Shown: piece after piece, positions 21,401-29,815 of the stretch
Position numbering within the stretch: the first letter of the stretch is position 1
Layout of the letters: the number at the start of each line of letters is the position of its first letter
Source of the DNA: Vicinamibacterales bacterium
GTDB taxonomy: Bacteria > Acidobacteriota > Vicinamibacteria > Vicinamibacterales > SCN-69-37
NCBI GenBank assembly: GCA_038918905.1
Contig: JBCKZS010000010.1
Span: forward strand, 638-64,637
DNA: 64,000 bases
Direction: 5' to 3'
Program-made: the position numbers and the translations under genes
The notes under the pieces: generated by a model
Told to the model about the DNA's origin: nothing
The model's database searches: none
What the model saw: only the letters and a program-made list of their open reading frames with translations

Positions 21401-21528
21401 GCAGCTACGGCGCGGCGATCCGCGCGAACATCTTCGGCTTCCTGACGCTGGAACTCTCCTCGGCGCGCGCGATCGATCGCGCCGGCCGCCCGTGGAAATG
21501 GCAGTTGGGAGTGCTGCAGGGATTCTAG
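18385..21528 (+). CDS. large envelope protein: HExxH peptidase-like N-domain + TolB-type beta-propeller repeats + Omp85-like C-terminal barrel
   Basis: Signal LACLLLCLALPAVSSAQ, HVLGHELVHAF, repeated (S/T)PDG(R/T).(V/L).F motifs, C-terminal ...GVLQGF. The start is uncertain because 18385..18435 overlaps divergent yggX. Confidence 0.7.
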   Translation: MQLDAVDGADRNVRGSHSVPASYCRRRAGQTLACLLLCLALPAVSSAQYFGRNKVQYRSFEFRVLPTEHFDIYYYPEEAEAARLVSRMAERWYARLSRFFTHELRGRQALILYAAPAHFRQTNAIEGAIGEGTGGATDALKRRIVLPMAGSLADTDHVLGHELVHAFQFDMTGADPRESEFALPGILQYPLWFAEGMAEYLSLGPLDAQTAMWMRDAALTERLPHVKDLNHPKLFPYRWGHAFWAFIGARYGDRAVASLLRSAAHPRFDMSGLAAQLGTDPDGLTEDWHRSILEAIRGAEVDLPSLTSQPRRLLSEENGGGRINVGPKVSPDGTRVAFFSERDRLSVDLYLANTTTGRIERKLLGSATDPHFDSLQFLYSAGAWRPDGRQLVITAVRRGRPALAFVDPKNGRITREIVLDDLDDALGPAWSPDGRTLVLSGNRGGLTDLYLVEVASGVVTALTSDPFADLEPTFTPDGRTVVFVTERFSTDLEWLKPGPLRLARMAIATKEVQPIQAFLTGKHLSPQVSADGRHVTFVAEPDGVSNLYRIGIDGGPVSRLTAFATGIAGIAASSPTLSIATTTDRLVFSVFERDGHALYVLDEADVVAMVPPAPSSRSAAALTPEAAAGRPASLSNFVTGDVTRLLNDSAHGLPPPGIVAESAPYERPLSLDIVTQPTITAGVNSFGGFVGGSIGALFSDMLGDRVLGVGAQVSGDIADLGAQLLYISRRHRWNWAAVLEQVPYRIGYLSWVDDPSAGTTTLSEIIDRQTFRGGSMMTAYPFSRSTRFELGAGAHAVSFTRRIRDRVYDTESEELLERRDSKSTLEQSLNLATLTGALVHDTSLFGAISPILGRRYRLEVTGTRGSLRYTTAVVDWRQYLMPVRPVTLAFRVMHVGRYGGDAEHRQLAQLYAGHQALVHGYGFGSFAPGECTAFDPDRCRVFDRLMGSRVALANAEIRAPLLGLLRGEIDYGSYVPLEIAAFFDAGVAWSSGSSPSFAGGTRDLVRSYGAAIRANIFGFLTLELSSARAIDRAGRPWKWQLGVLQGF

Positions 21529-21567
21529 AAATGTACGATTTACGATTTGTTATTTGTCATGGGGAGC

Positions 21568-23619
21568 TCAGTTTCTCTGGCGCAACGCTACCTGCACGCG
21601 TGCGTCGTTGAAACAGGCGCCGCCGGCGAGATCGGTGAGCGTGTCAGGCACGAGCGCGTTGGACGTCGCGCCGTTGTAGGTGCTGCGGGCCCATAGACCC
21701 TTGGGCAGCGAGACGACGCCCGCGCACACTTCGGGCGTGACGGTCACATCGCACCACACATCCCCCAACGCATTGAATACCCGGACGGCATCGCCTTCCT
21801 CAATCGACCGCGCCCGCGCATCGTCGGGATGCACTTTGAGTTTGGCGATGCCCGGGCGGAACTCGCCGAGCGTGGACGAGATGGTGTGAGCGCTGGCGGG
21901 CGAGATGAGCGCCAGCGGGTACTCGGCGGTGGCCGGGTCGGGCTGGAACACGTAGAGGCCCGCAGTGGTGTCGAGCGCGGCGGGATAGAGGTGCACCTTC
22001 CGATCGGGTGTCTTCGGCAGCACGTCAACGAATTGCACGGGTGCGCCGTTGGCCGGTCCGGTGGCCACGGCGCCGGCGTGCAGGGGTGCGCTCAGATGCT
22101 CGGGCATATGGGCGGTGACGTCGATCAGCGCTTCGGTCTGGCCGAGGGCATCCGTGTCCACGTCCGCGAGACCGAGGCGGATCGCCAGGGCGCGGAAGAC
22201 TTCGTGATTCGGCCGCGCCTCGCCCACGGGCTCGATCACGGGTTGCACGACCTGCAGGTGATACGCGCCGTAGCCGCGCGCGATGTCGTAATGCTCAAGG
22301 AAGGTCGTGGCCGGCAACACGACATCGGCATACTTCGCCGAATCGGTCATCGCCTGTTCGAAGACCACGGTGAAGAGATCCTCGCGTTCCAGGCCGCGGC
22401 GGACGCGGTTCTGGTCGGGCATGGTCGCGAGCGGGTTGCAGTTGTAGACGAACAGCACCTGCACCGGCGGATCGGCGTACTCCGTGAGCGCGCGGCCGAG
22501 GTGGTTCATGTTGACCAGGCGCGAATCGGGAGCCGGCGTGTTGATCCAGGACTCGGCCGCGAGGCCGTACGCGCCCGAGTTGCTCATCGTGTAGCCGCCC
22601 CCCTGCAGGCCGAACTTGCCGGCGACGGCCGGCAGCGCGAGGATGGCCATCGTAGCCGCGCCGCCGTTGCGGTTGCGCTCCTGCCCCCACCCGCATCGGA
22701 TCACGGCCGGTGAGATCGTGCCGTACCACTCGGCCACTTGCCTGAGGTCGGCAACCTTGATGCGCGCGATCTGCGCCGCGCGGTCGAGTGTCCACGGGTC
22801 CGCCGCCTGACGCAGGTCGTCGACGCCCGTCGCCTGCGCGGCCAGGAACGCCGCATCAGCGCGACCGGTCACAAACAGTTCGCGAATCAGCGCCAGCGCG
22901 ACGGGCAGGTCGGTGCCGGGCGCGACGGGCAGGTGCAGGTCTGCCGTGCGCGCGAGCGGCGTCCGGCGCGGGTCGATCACGACCAGCCTGGCGCCGGCCT
23001 TCTGCGCCTGCTTGATGTGCGCCATCAGGTGAATGCCGGACGCGGGCGGGTTGGCGCCCCAGACGATGATGAGGCGGGCGTGGGCGTAGTCGGCGTACGC
23101 AACGCCGGCCATCTTGCCGTACATCGCCGTGGCCGCGGCGTTCGTGGGCGCGGCACACACGGTGCGCGCGAGGCGCGAGGCGCCAAACCGGCGGAAGAGG
23201 CGCGCGTCTTCGCAGTCGTTGGTCAGCAGGCCGTTGCTGCCGCCGTAGTAGCAGGGGAGCACCGATTCGGCGCCGAACTGGTCGCGCGCCTCGGTCATCT
23301 TCGACGCGACGAGGTCGAGGGCTTCCGCCCAGGGGACGATGGTGAAGTCGCCGCGGCCTTTGGGGCCGCGCCGGATGGCGGGATAGAGGACACGCTCGGC
23401 CGAGTAGACGCGCCGGTCGAAGCCCCGGACCTTGCCGCAGATGAACCCGTCGGTCGAGGGCGCCAACTGGCTGCCGTCGATCTTCTGGATGCGGCCGCCT
23501 TCGACGGTCACCGCGAGGCTGCAGGCGTCGGGGCAATCGAGCGGGCACGCGGTGTGTACGGTGGAACGTCCCCAGGAGCCGGGCGGCGCGACCTCGTCGT
23601 GCGTGTCGGAAGATGCCAT
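21568..23619 (-). CDS. molybdopterin-dependent oxidoreductase (DMSO reductase superfamily)
   Basis: N-terminal 4Fe-4S motif CPLDCPDACSL and MopB-type colinearity (about 684 aa). Alternative start at 23643. Confidence 0.85.
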   Translation of the reverse strand: MASSDTHDEVAPPGSWGRSTVHTACPLDCPDACSLAVTVEGGRIQKIDGSQLAPSTDGFICGKVRGFDRRVYSAERVLYPAIRRGPKGRGDFTIVPWAEALDLVASKMTEARDQFGAESVLPCYYGGSNGLLTNDCEDARLFRRFGASRLARTVCAAPTNAAATAMYGKMAGVAYADYAHARLIIVWGANPPASGIHLMAHIKQAQKAGARLVVIDPRRTPLARTADLHLPVAPGTDLPVALALIRELFVTGRADAAFLAAQATGVDDLRQAADPWTLDRAAQIARIKVADLRQVAEWYGTISPAVIRCGWGQERNRNGGAATMAILALPAVAGKFGLQGGGYTMSNSGAYGLAAESWINTPAPDSRLVNMNHLGRALTEYADPPVQVLFVYNCNPLATMPDQNRVRRGLEREDLFTVVFEQAMTDSAKYADVVLPATTFLEHYDIARGYGAYHLQVVQPVIEPVGEARPNHEVFRALAIRLGLADVDTDALGQTEALIDVTAHMPEHLSAPLHAGAVATGPANGAPVQFVDVLPKTPDRKVHLYPAALDTTAGLYVFQPDPATAEYPLALISPASAHTISSTLGEFRPGIAKLKVHPDDARARSIEEGDAVRVFNALGDVWCDVTVTPEVCAGVVSLPKGLWARSTYNGATSNALVPDTLTDLAGGACFNDARVQVALRQRN

Positions 23620-23695
23620 GCAGAGAGTGTACGATGACCGCATGGAGACGTTCCACCACGGGCCGCCGGGCGTCAGCCGGGTCTACTGATTCGCG

Positions 23696-23872
23696 ATGTC
23701 GCGACCGCGCGTGGTCATCATCGGGGGCGGCTTCGGCGGTCTGAACGCCGCCAAGGCCCTTCGGCACGCCGGCGTGGACGTCGTCGCGCTCGATCGCAGG
23801 AACCATCACCTGTCGGTGCTCCTTCAGTGGGCCGTATCGTACTTCACTGTCAGCGATCGGTCCGGCTCATGA
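23696..23872 (+). pseudogene. ndh: type II NADH dehydrogenase (ndh) remnant: N-terminus fused in frame to C-terminus
   Basis: The 58-aa ORF MSRPRVVIIGGGFGGLNAAKALRHAGVDVVALDRRNHHL|SVLLQWAVSYFTVSDRSGS joins the FAD GxGxxG fold start to the NDH-2 C-terminal tail (NRLSVLLQW.WSY). Confidence 0.6.
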
Positions 23873-23903
23873 CCGGCACCGAGCCGCACGAGCCTCCCGC
23901 GTC

Positions 23904-24968
23904 ATGAGCCGCGTGCGGGTGCGCGGCTGGTGGTTCTGGCCGCTGCTGGTGGCGCTGGTCGTCGTGATCCCATGGCCGGCCTGGCTGATCGAGCTGGCCT
24001 ACGCGCGTGGTGTGTATCCACAGATCCAGCGGGTCGTGACGCAGGCGAGCAACCAGGCGCCGTTCGCGATCATTGATGTCGGGCTCGGCCTGCTCGCGGT
24101 GTACCTCGTCGTGTTGATGGGCCGTGCGGTGTTCGCCATTCTGTCGCGCGGGTTCGTGAGCGCCGTGTGGGAACTGATTCGGCGCGTCGTGCGCGCGGCG
24201 GCGGTGATCGCCTTGGCGTTTCTTGTCCTCTGGGGGATGAACTACCGGCGGCAGGCGCTGGAGACGACGCTGGGCGGCGCGTCGTCGGAGGCGCCCGATG
24301 TCGAGGCGCTGCGGCGGTTGGCGACGACGGCCGCGACGGAAGCGGGACGGTTGCGCGCCGCGGCGGCGGGCGCGAGTGCCGACTATCAGGACATCGCGGG
24401 CCGGCTTGAGGCGTCGTTCCAGCGGGGACTGTCGGCGCTGGGGCTGTCGCGCCTGGCGACGCCGGGCCGTCCGAAGGAGTCACGCGTGTTGACGCCGTTT
24501 TTCACCGCGGCCGGGGTCAACGGCATGGTGAATCCCGTCGCGCTCGAATCGATCGTGCACCCGGATCTGCTTCCGTTCGAGCGGCCGATGGTGCTGGCGC
24601 ACGAGTGGGCGCACCTGGCGGGGTTCGCGGACGAAGCGGATGCGAGCGCGATCGCGTGGCTGGCGTGTGTGACGGGTGACGCCGCGCTGGCGTACAGCGC
24701 CCACATATTCGTCATTCTGGAAACGGCGGGCGCGCTGCCTCCCGGCGACTGGCGCGCGGTGCGCGCGCGTCTGGCGCCCGGCGTGGTGGAGGACCTGGCC
24801 GCGCTGGCGCAGCGCCTGACGCGACAGCGGCCGGCCGTGCGTCAGTCGGCCTTCCGCGTGTACGACGGCTACCTGAAGTCCAATCGTGTGCAGGACGGCG
24901 TGCGCAGTTACAACCGCGTGCTGCGCGTGCTGCTCACGCCGCGCATGGTGGCCGCCGCAGGGCGGTAA
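23904..24968 (+). CDS. DUF3810-like membrane metalloprotease-like protein
   Basis: N-terminal TM helices. VLAHEWAHLAGFADEADASAIAWLAC matches the DUF3810 HExxH...E(A/D)EA pattern. Confidence 0.7.
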   Translation: MSRVRVRGWWFWPLLVALVVVIPWPAWLIELAYARGVYPQIQRVVTQASNQAPFAIIDVGLGLLAVYLVVLMGRAVFAILSRGFVSAVWELIRRVVRAAAVIALAFLVLWGMNYRRQALETTLGGASSEAPDVEALRRLATTAATEAGRLRAAAAGASADYQDIAGRLEASFQRGLSALGLSRLATPGRPKESRVLTPFFTAAGVNGMVNPVALESIVHPDLLPFERPMVLAHEWAHLAGFADEADASAIAWLACVTGDAALAYSAHIFVILETAGALPPGDWRAVRARLAPGVVEDLAALAQRLTRQRPAVRQSAFRVYDGYLKSNRVQDGVRSYNRVLRVLLTPRMVAAAGR

Positions 24969-24972
24969 ACGA

Positions 24973-24998
24973 GAGGTCCAGGGGTCCAGAGGTCCAGA
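24973..24998. repeat. GGTCC octamer array (3 units)
   Basis: gaGGTCCaggGGTCCagaGGTCCaga, immediately 5' of the FtsX stub. Confidence 0.8.
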
Positions 24999-25000
24999 AC

Positions 25001-25168
25001 ATCGTTCGGCAGATCGATCCGCCTTTCCTCTATCAGGTGGAACCGGTTGACCCGGTCACACTGGCGACCACGATGATCGGCCTCCGCGTGATCGCCCCGG
25101 TCGTCACCGCGCGTCCCGCGATCGGCGCTTCACGGGTGGACCTGTCGCGGCTGTTGAGGGAAGAGTAG
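25001..25168 (+). pseudogene. 3' stub of an FtsX/MacB-type (ADOP-like) ABC permease
   Basis: ...LYQVEPVDPVTLATTMIGL...ARPAIGASRVDLSRLLREE* resembles the conserved C-terminal TM4 and tail (Y.V.P.DP.T......ARRA..VDP...LR.E). No upstream gene body. Confidence 0.5.
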
Positions 25169-25188
25169 GATCCCTGGACCCTTGGACC
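25168..25188. repeat. GGTCC-type array in inverted orientation
   Basis: ggatccctGGACCcttGGACC is the reverse complement of GGTCCaagGGTCCagggatcc. Forms an inverted pair with 24973..24998. Confidence 0.7.
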
Positions 25189-25192
25189 GCGT

Positions 25193-25441
25193 TTACCCCT
25201 TGTCGAGTTTGTCGAGGTCGTCGGGCGTAATCGGCGTGGACGACAGGCCGGTGCGCAGGTCGTCGGGCGCCGCGTCGGGACCTTCGGTCAGCGGCACATA
25301 GATTTGGTACCAGCCGCGGTGGTTACACGCGTGGCACCGATAGGGCTGCTTTTCACTGAAGACACGACGGATCCGCTCAGCGGGTGACCTGAGGCGCGAG
25401 GGGTAAATTCAAGATGAGCCGCAGGCCGGACACTTCCGCAT
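25193..25441 (-). pseudogene. small zinc-ribbon protein, paralogue 3, with in-frame TGA at codon 11
   Basis: MRKCPACGSS*IYPSRLRSPAERIRRVFSEKQPYRCHACNHRGWYQI...; TGA at 25409..25411. Same CPxC...RCxxC..(R)GW layout as ORFs at 26396 and 27367. Confidence 0.5.
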
Positions 25442-25539
25442 GAACCGCTGGATTCTACCAGATCAGCGACTCAGAGTCCTTCAAAGTCAGTTTTCGTCGT
25501 AAGAATGGTGCCTTCGTAGGGCCGAGGCATGCCTCGCTC

Positions 25540-26373
25540 CTACCCACTGATGCGAATGTCGAGTGCCTCGGCGAGCCGGCGCAGCCAGCCGAGAATCCGC
25601 TGGCGCGCGTCGGGGCCCACGAGCAGCAGTTGCTTCTGGACCGGGCGCAGTCCGCGCAGCGTGGCGTCGGTGTGTTCGAAGTAGCCGGGCCGGCGCAGGA
25701 GCTCCGGATCGCCCGACGGTTCGGGGGTGGCCACGAGCATCTCGATCGCGCGCTGAATCGACCGGTCGAAATCTCCGCCGGGATGTCCGAGATCGGCGTA
25801 CGCCGTGTCAAACAGCGGCTTGATGTTCACATAGAGCTGCGCAGCTTCCGACGGACTCACCGAGGTGAGCGCCGAGGTCGCCGTGTCCCACCGCGTGTAC
25901 GTGCGCGCGTCGATGCGGCCACTCTCCGATCCGGTAATGGCCAGGCGCGTGGGCGGCCGCAACACGCGCAGCGGCACGGCGGGCGTTCGCCCTTCGCCGA
26001 TCTGTTCCACCGCCAGTACGGCGGCCCGGATCAGGCCGTCGCTCGCCAGCAGACGGGCCAGCAGGGGATGCCGCGAGAGCAGGCCGACCAGGTCACGGAA
26101 CACCGTGTCGGACCCATCGAGCGCCGGCAGTTCCATCGGTTCCCGCAGCGGGCGATTGGTCGTCATCGCGGCGTCGGTCGCGGCGGTGGGCGCGGGCACG
26201 ACCTCGTCGGGCTGCGCGCGGGTCATCCACCAGAGGCTGAGGGCCCCACCGGCCGCCAGCGCCAGCACGCCCACCACCACCCACCGCACGGCAGACGAGG
26301 GGGGCGGAGCGGGCGGTGGAGGCGGAGGAGGCAGCCCGGACGCGGGGCGCAGGGGCAAGTCGTCGAATGCCAT
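25540..26373 (-). CDS. DUF3014-like membrane-anchored protein
   Basis: Pro-rich N-terminus, one TM helix. C-terminal ...YFEHTDATLRGLRPVQKQLLLVGPDARQRILGWLRRL fits the DUF3014 pattern as I remember it. Confidence 0.65.
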   Translation of the reverse strand: MAFDDLPLRPASGLPPPPPPPAPPPSSAVRWVVVGVLALAAGGALSLWWMTRAQPDEVVPAPTAATDAAMTTNRPLREPMELPALDGSDTVFRDLVGLLSRHPLLARLLASDGLIRAAVLAVEQIGEGRTPAVPLRVLRPPTRLAITGSESGRIDARTYTRWDTATSALTSVSPSEAAQLYVNIKPLFDTAYADLGHPGGDFDRSIQRAIEMLVATPEPSGDPELLRRPGYFEHTDATLRGLRPVQKQLLLVGPDARQRILGWLRRLAEALDIRISG

Positions 26374-26395
26374 GACCCCGCCATTGTATGCCCGT

Positions 26396-26647
26396 CTACT
26401 CCGGGCGGGAATCGGGCGGGTCGATCCGCTCAAAGCGCTGGGACTCGATGGCCTCGGCGGGCGTCTCGGTCCCGGAACTGAAGCGGACGAGAATCGGCGC
26501 GGCCACCCACTTCGTCCAGCCGCAGGATGCGCACCGCACGGGGTACCGTCGCGTCAGCCGCGAACGCAACCGGTCGACCTTCGAGTGCCGGTGCGACCGC
26601 TGCAGGAACGGGCCCTGGCACTTCGGACAGACGGTGAGTGTCGCCAT
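26396..26647 (-). CDS. small zinc-ribbon protein, paralogue 2
   Basis: MATLTVCPKCQGPFLQRSHRHSKVDRLRSRLTRRYPVRCASCGWTKWV... has two CxxC pairs. Confidence 0.5.
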   Translation of the reverse strand: MATLTVCPKCQGPFLQRSHRHSKVDRLRSRLTRRYPVRCASCGWTKWVAAPILVRFSSGTETPAEAIESQRFERIDPPDSRPE

Positions 26648-27059
26648 CGCGGCGTGGGCGCTCGCCTGCGGATGCCCCGGGCGGGCCACGGACGGGGTTC
26701 GGCTCGGCGGGCCCGGTCAGCGGCGACAGGAGCTGGTCGCCATGCCAGTGCCGCGCGATCACGCCCAGCATGCGCGCGCCGCCGTCGAGATTCCCGCTGT
26801 GGACGTTGGGCGGCAGCTTCGGCCAGTGGCCCGTCTCCGCCATCCACGCGACCAGATCGTAGCCGGTGGGCGTGTGCGGACAGTGACGCTGGCCGGTGTG
26901 CTTGAGGTGTTCGCCACGGTGAATGCAGTCGGCGCACCAGCCCAGGTCGTAGTCGAGCGACAGCTCGTGCACTAACTGCGCTTCGAGCAGCCGCTGGGCG
27001 CTGCGCACCGTCGTGACGCACAGCCAGCCGGGCGGCGCCGCCGGCTGTCGTCGAGCCAC
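26430..27059 (-). pseudogene. CPR-like (cyclic-phosphate processing receiver) domain ORF, apparently frame-disrupted at both ends
   Basis: PPGWLCVTTVRSAQRLLEAQLVHELSLDYDLG...TGYDLVAWMAE...PPNVHSGNLDGGARM. The expected N-terminal KLWLDD is in the adjacent frame, and the long Pro/Arg tail overlaps the next gene. Confidence 0.45.
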
Positions 27060-27367
27060 AGCTTCACCGTACGTTGAATGGAGTTGGCGTGCGACAACAC
27101 GAGGTCCACCAGCGCCGTCTCGTCGCGCTCCTGCAGAATCTCGATGTCCAGTTCCCGGCCGAGGCGCAAGGGCGGCAGGTCGGGGAACGCCGCGTCCGGA
27201 CTCCAGACATCACGCACCCGTCCGCGCCAGCCGCAGGTGTTGCACCGGAACCACCGCGTGCGCGTCCACCAACCCTGCGCACTCTCAAGCCACGTGCGCG
27301 CCTGCGAGGGACGCAAGTGCGAAAACCCGCACTGCGGACACACCCGGACGCTGTCTGGGGTCGCCAT
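26972..27367 (-). CDS. small zinc-ribbon protein, paralogue 1; its 3' part runs into the CPR-like N-terminus (KLWLDD)
   Basis: MATPDSVRVCPQCGFSHLRPSQARTWLESAQGWWTRTRWFRCNTCGWRGRV...; ...TVKLWLDDSRR precedes the frame change near 27040. Confidence 0.5.
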   Translation of the reverse strand: MATPDSVRVCPQCGFSHLRPSQARTWLESAQGWWTRTRWFRCNTCGWRGRVRDVWSPDAAFPDLPPLRLGRELDIEILQERDETALVDLVLSHANSIQRTVKLWLDDSRRRRPAGCASRRCAAPSGCSKRS

Positions 27368-27385
27368 ATTCAGTGAATCAGCACT

Positions 27386-27482
27386 CCCAATCCTCAATCC
27401 CCAATCCTCAATCCCCAATCCTCAATCCCCAATCCTCAATCCCCAATCCTCAATCCTCAATCCTCAATCCTCAATCCTCAAT
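27386..27482. repeat. heptad array CC(C/T)CAAT x ~14 (five 14-mers then four 7-mers)
   Basis: ccccaatcctcaat x5 followed by cctcaat x4. Fills most of the divergent intergenic region 27368..27503. Confidence 0.95.
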
Positions 27483-27503
27483 TTCTGGGTACACTCATCC
27501 TCG

Positions 27504-28502
27504 ATGTCCCGCGCGCTGCCTGCTCCCGTTCAGATTTACCTCGACCGCACGACCCAGACCTCGGCCCGTGTGGTGCCGCTGACCGGTGACGCATCGGACC
27601 GTCGGTACTTCCGGGTGTTGCCACGAGGCAAGCAGTCGTTTGTCCTGGCCGTCAACGCGGCGCCGTTTGAGTACCAGGCGCTGCCGTTTGTGAACGTGGC
27701 CCAGTTGTTGGCCGCGATGCCGCTCCCGGTGCCCCACATCCTGGGGGAAGCGGCGGATCAGGGCGTGCTGGCGCTCGACGACCTCGGGGACGTGACGTTG
27801 CAGGCGCACGTCGGCGCGGCGCCGGCCTCCGAACACGCCGCCCTCTACCGGCAGGCCGTCGGATTCATCGAGGTCATACAGCGGCGCGGGCGGGAACTCG
27901 CCCAGCCGAAGTACATCCCCTACGGCATCGCGTTTGACGAGGAGAAGCTCACGTGGGAGATGGACTTCTTCGTCAAACATTTCCTTGAGGCCTACCGGGG
28001 TGTGGTGTTCGAGCCCGGCGATCGCGACGCGTTGCGCGCCGCCCTGGGCGAACTCGTGGCCACGCTCGCGGCCGAACCACGGGTGTTGTGCCACCGCGAC
28101 TATCACAGCCGGAATCTGATGTTGTCGGACGGCCAGCTCTGGATCATCGATTTTCAGGACGCCCGCATGGGCCCCGACACCTACGACCTGGTGTCGCTGC
28201 TGCGTGATTCCTACGTGGACATCGCCGACGAGGTCGTGGACGAACTGCTGGCGTACTTCCTCGCGCTGACCGGTCGCTCCACGGAAGGGCCCGAGTTCCG
28301 CCGGCGGTTCGACGAAATGGCCCTGCAGCGGAACCTCAAAGCCCTGGGCACGTTCGGCTATCAGACCACCGCCCGGGGCAACACGGTCTACATCCAGTAC
28401 ATCCCGCGCACGCTGCGCTACGCGCGGGAGCAGGCGCACAAACACCCGCGGTTCGCCCCCCTGCGCGACCTGCTCGCGCGGTATGTCGAGGAATTCCGGT
28501 AA
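27504..28502 (+). CDS. aminoglycoside-phosphotransferase-fold kinase (AmgK-like sugar kinase is a guess)
   Basis: [23 protein letters not shown] (Brenner motif), [10 protein letters not shown] (DFQ/DFG). Confidence 0.75.
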   Translation: MSRALPAPVQIYLDRTTQTSARVVPLTGDASDRRYFRVLPRGKQSFVLAVNAAPFEYQALPFVNVAQLLAAMPLPVPHILGEAADQGVLALDDLGDVTLQAHVGAAPASEHAALYRQAVGFIEVIQRRGRELAQPKYIPYGIAFDEEKLTWEMDFFVKHFLEAYRGVVFEPGDRDALRAALGELVATLAAEPRVLCHRDYHSRNLMLSDGQLWIIDFQDARMGPDTYDLVSLLRDSYVDIADEVVDELLAYFLALTGRSTEGPEFRRRFDEMALQRNLKALGTFGYQTTARGNTVYIQYIPRTLRYAREQAHKHPRFAPLRDLLARYVEEFR

Positions 28503-29805
28503 CATCAGCCGGGTGCACGTCTACATCGAAGACATCGCGTCGCACGTCGGCACACCGGTCACCCTCAAGGGCTGGCTGGCGGGCCGGCGTTCCAGCGGCA
28601 AGATTCACTTCCTGCAGATGCGGGATGGATCCGGCTTCATCCAGGCCGTGATGTCGAAGGCCGCCGTCGGCGACGAGGCCTTCGCCACGGCCGACCACCT
28701 CTCGCAGGAAAGCGCCATCATCGTCCACGGCACGCCGCGTGCTGACGCGCGCGCGCCGGGCGGATACGAGCTCGACGTCAGCGGCCTTGAGGTCGTCGGC
28801 GCGTCCACCGACTTCCCCATCACGCCCAAGGAACATGGCGTCGACTTCCTGATGGATCACCGCCATCTCTGGATTCGTTCGCAGCGCCAGCAGTCCGTGC
28901 TCCGCATCCGCCACGAAGTGATCGACGCCGTGCGCGACTACTTCAACCGCCGCGGGTTCATCCTGGCCGACACCCCCATCTTCACGCCATCCGCCTGCGA
29001 AGGCACCACGACGCTGTTCCCGGTGCAGTACTTCGACGACACGACGGCGTATCTGACGCAGAGCGGCCAGCTCTACAACGAAGCGAACGCGATGGCGCTC
29101 GGCCGCACGTACTGCTTCGGCCCGACCTTCCGCGCGGAGAAATCCAAGACGCGGCGCCACCTCACCGAGTTCTGGATGGTGGAACCCGAGGTGGCGTACG
29201 CCGACCTCAACGACGTGATCGCGCTCGCCGAGGGCCTCGTGGCGCACGTCATCGCCCGCGTGCTCGACCGTCGACAGAAGGAGCTGACGGTCCTCGAGCG
29301 CGACACCACGACACTGGCGCGCATCACGACGCCCTTCGCGCGCATTACGTATGACGACGCGGTGAAGGTGCTGCAGGAGAAGGGCCTGCCGTTCGAGTGG
29401 GGCGGCGACTTCGGGAGTCCGGACGAGACCGCGTTGTCCGAACACTTCGATGGGCCGGTCGCCGTGACCGGTTATCCGAGCAAGATCAAGGCGTTCTACT
29501 TCAAGCCGATGGCAGGGCGTCCCGACGTCTCGATGTCGGTCGACGTCCTGGCCCCCGAGGGGTACGGCGAGATCATCGGCGGCGGCCAGCGCCTCGAAGA
29601 CCTCGACCTGCTGCTGCAGCGAATCAAGGAACACCACCTGCCGCGGGAGGCGTTCGAGTGGTATCTCGACCTCCGCCGCTTCGGCAGTGTGCCCCATGGC
29701 GGCTTCGGCATGGGCATCGAGCGCGTCGTCTCCTGGATCTGCGGCCTCGACCACCTGCGCGAGGCGATTCCCTATCCCCGGATGTTGAATCGGTTGTATC
29801 CGTAG
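28483..29805 (+). CDS. asnS: asparagine--tRNA ligase
   Basis: OB-fold N-domain, class II motifs ([31 protein letters not shown]). Start may be an internal GTG (VHVYIEDI). Confidence 0.9.
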   Translation: MSRNSGNISRVHVYIEDIASHVGTPVTLKGWLAGRRSSGKIHFLQMRDGSGFIQAVMSKAAVGDEAFATADHLSQESAIIVHGTPRADARAPGGYELDVSGLEVVGASTDFPITPKEHGVDFLMDHRHLWIRSQRQQSVLRIRHEVIDAVRDYFNRRGFILADTPIFTPSACEGTTTLFPVQYFDDTTAYLTQSGQLYNEANAMALGRTYCFGPTFRAEKSKTRRHLTEFWMVEPEVAYADLNDVIALAEGLVAHVIARVLDRRQKELTVLERDTTTLARITTPFARITYDDAVKVLQEKGLPFEWGGDFGSPDETALSEHFDGPVAVTGYPSKIKAFYFKPMAGRPDVSMSVDVLAPEGYGEIIGGGQRLEDLDLLLQRIKEHHLPREAFEWYLDLRRFGSVPHGGFGMGIERVVSWICGLDHLREAIPYPRMLNRLYP

Positions 29806-29815
29806 ATAGCAAATC

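Noticed and set aside
25409-25411. In-frame TGA in zinc-ribbon paralogue 3 as selenocysteine or programmed readthrough.
   Set aside because: No SECIS-like hairpin was recognised downstream. The aligned position in the paralogues is not Cys. A nonsense mutation is more parsimonious.
27386-27482. Could the repeat array be a CRISPR array?
   Set aside because: The units are 7/14 nt, directly tandem, with no spacers. No cas genes are in the window.
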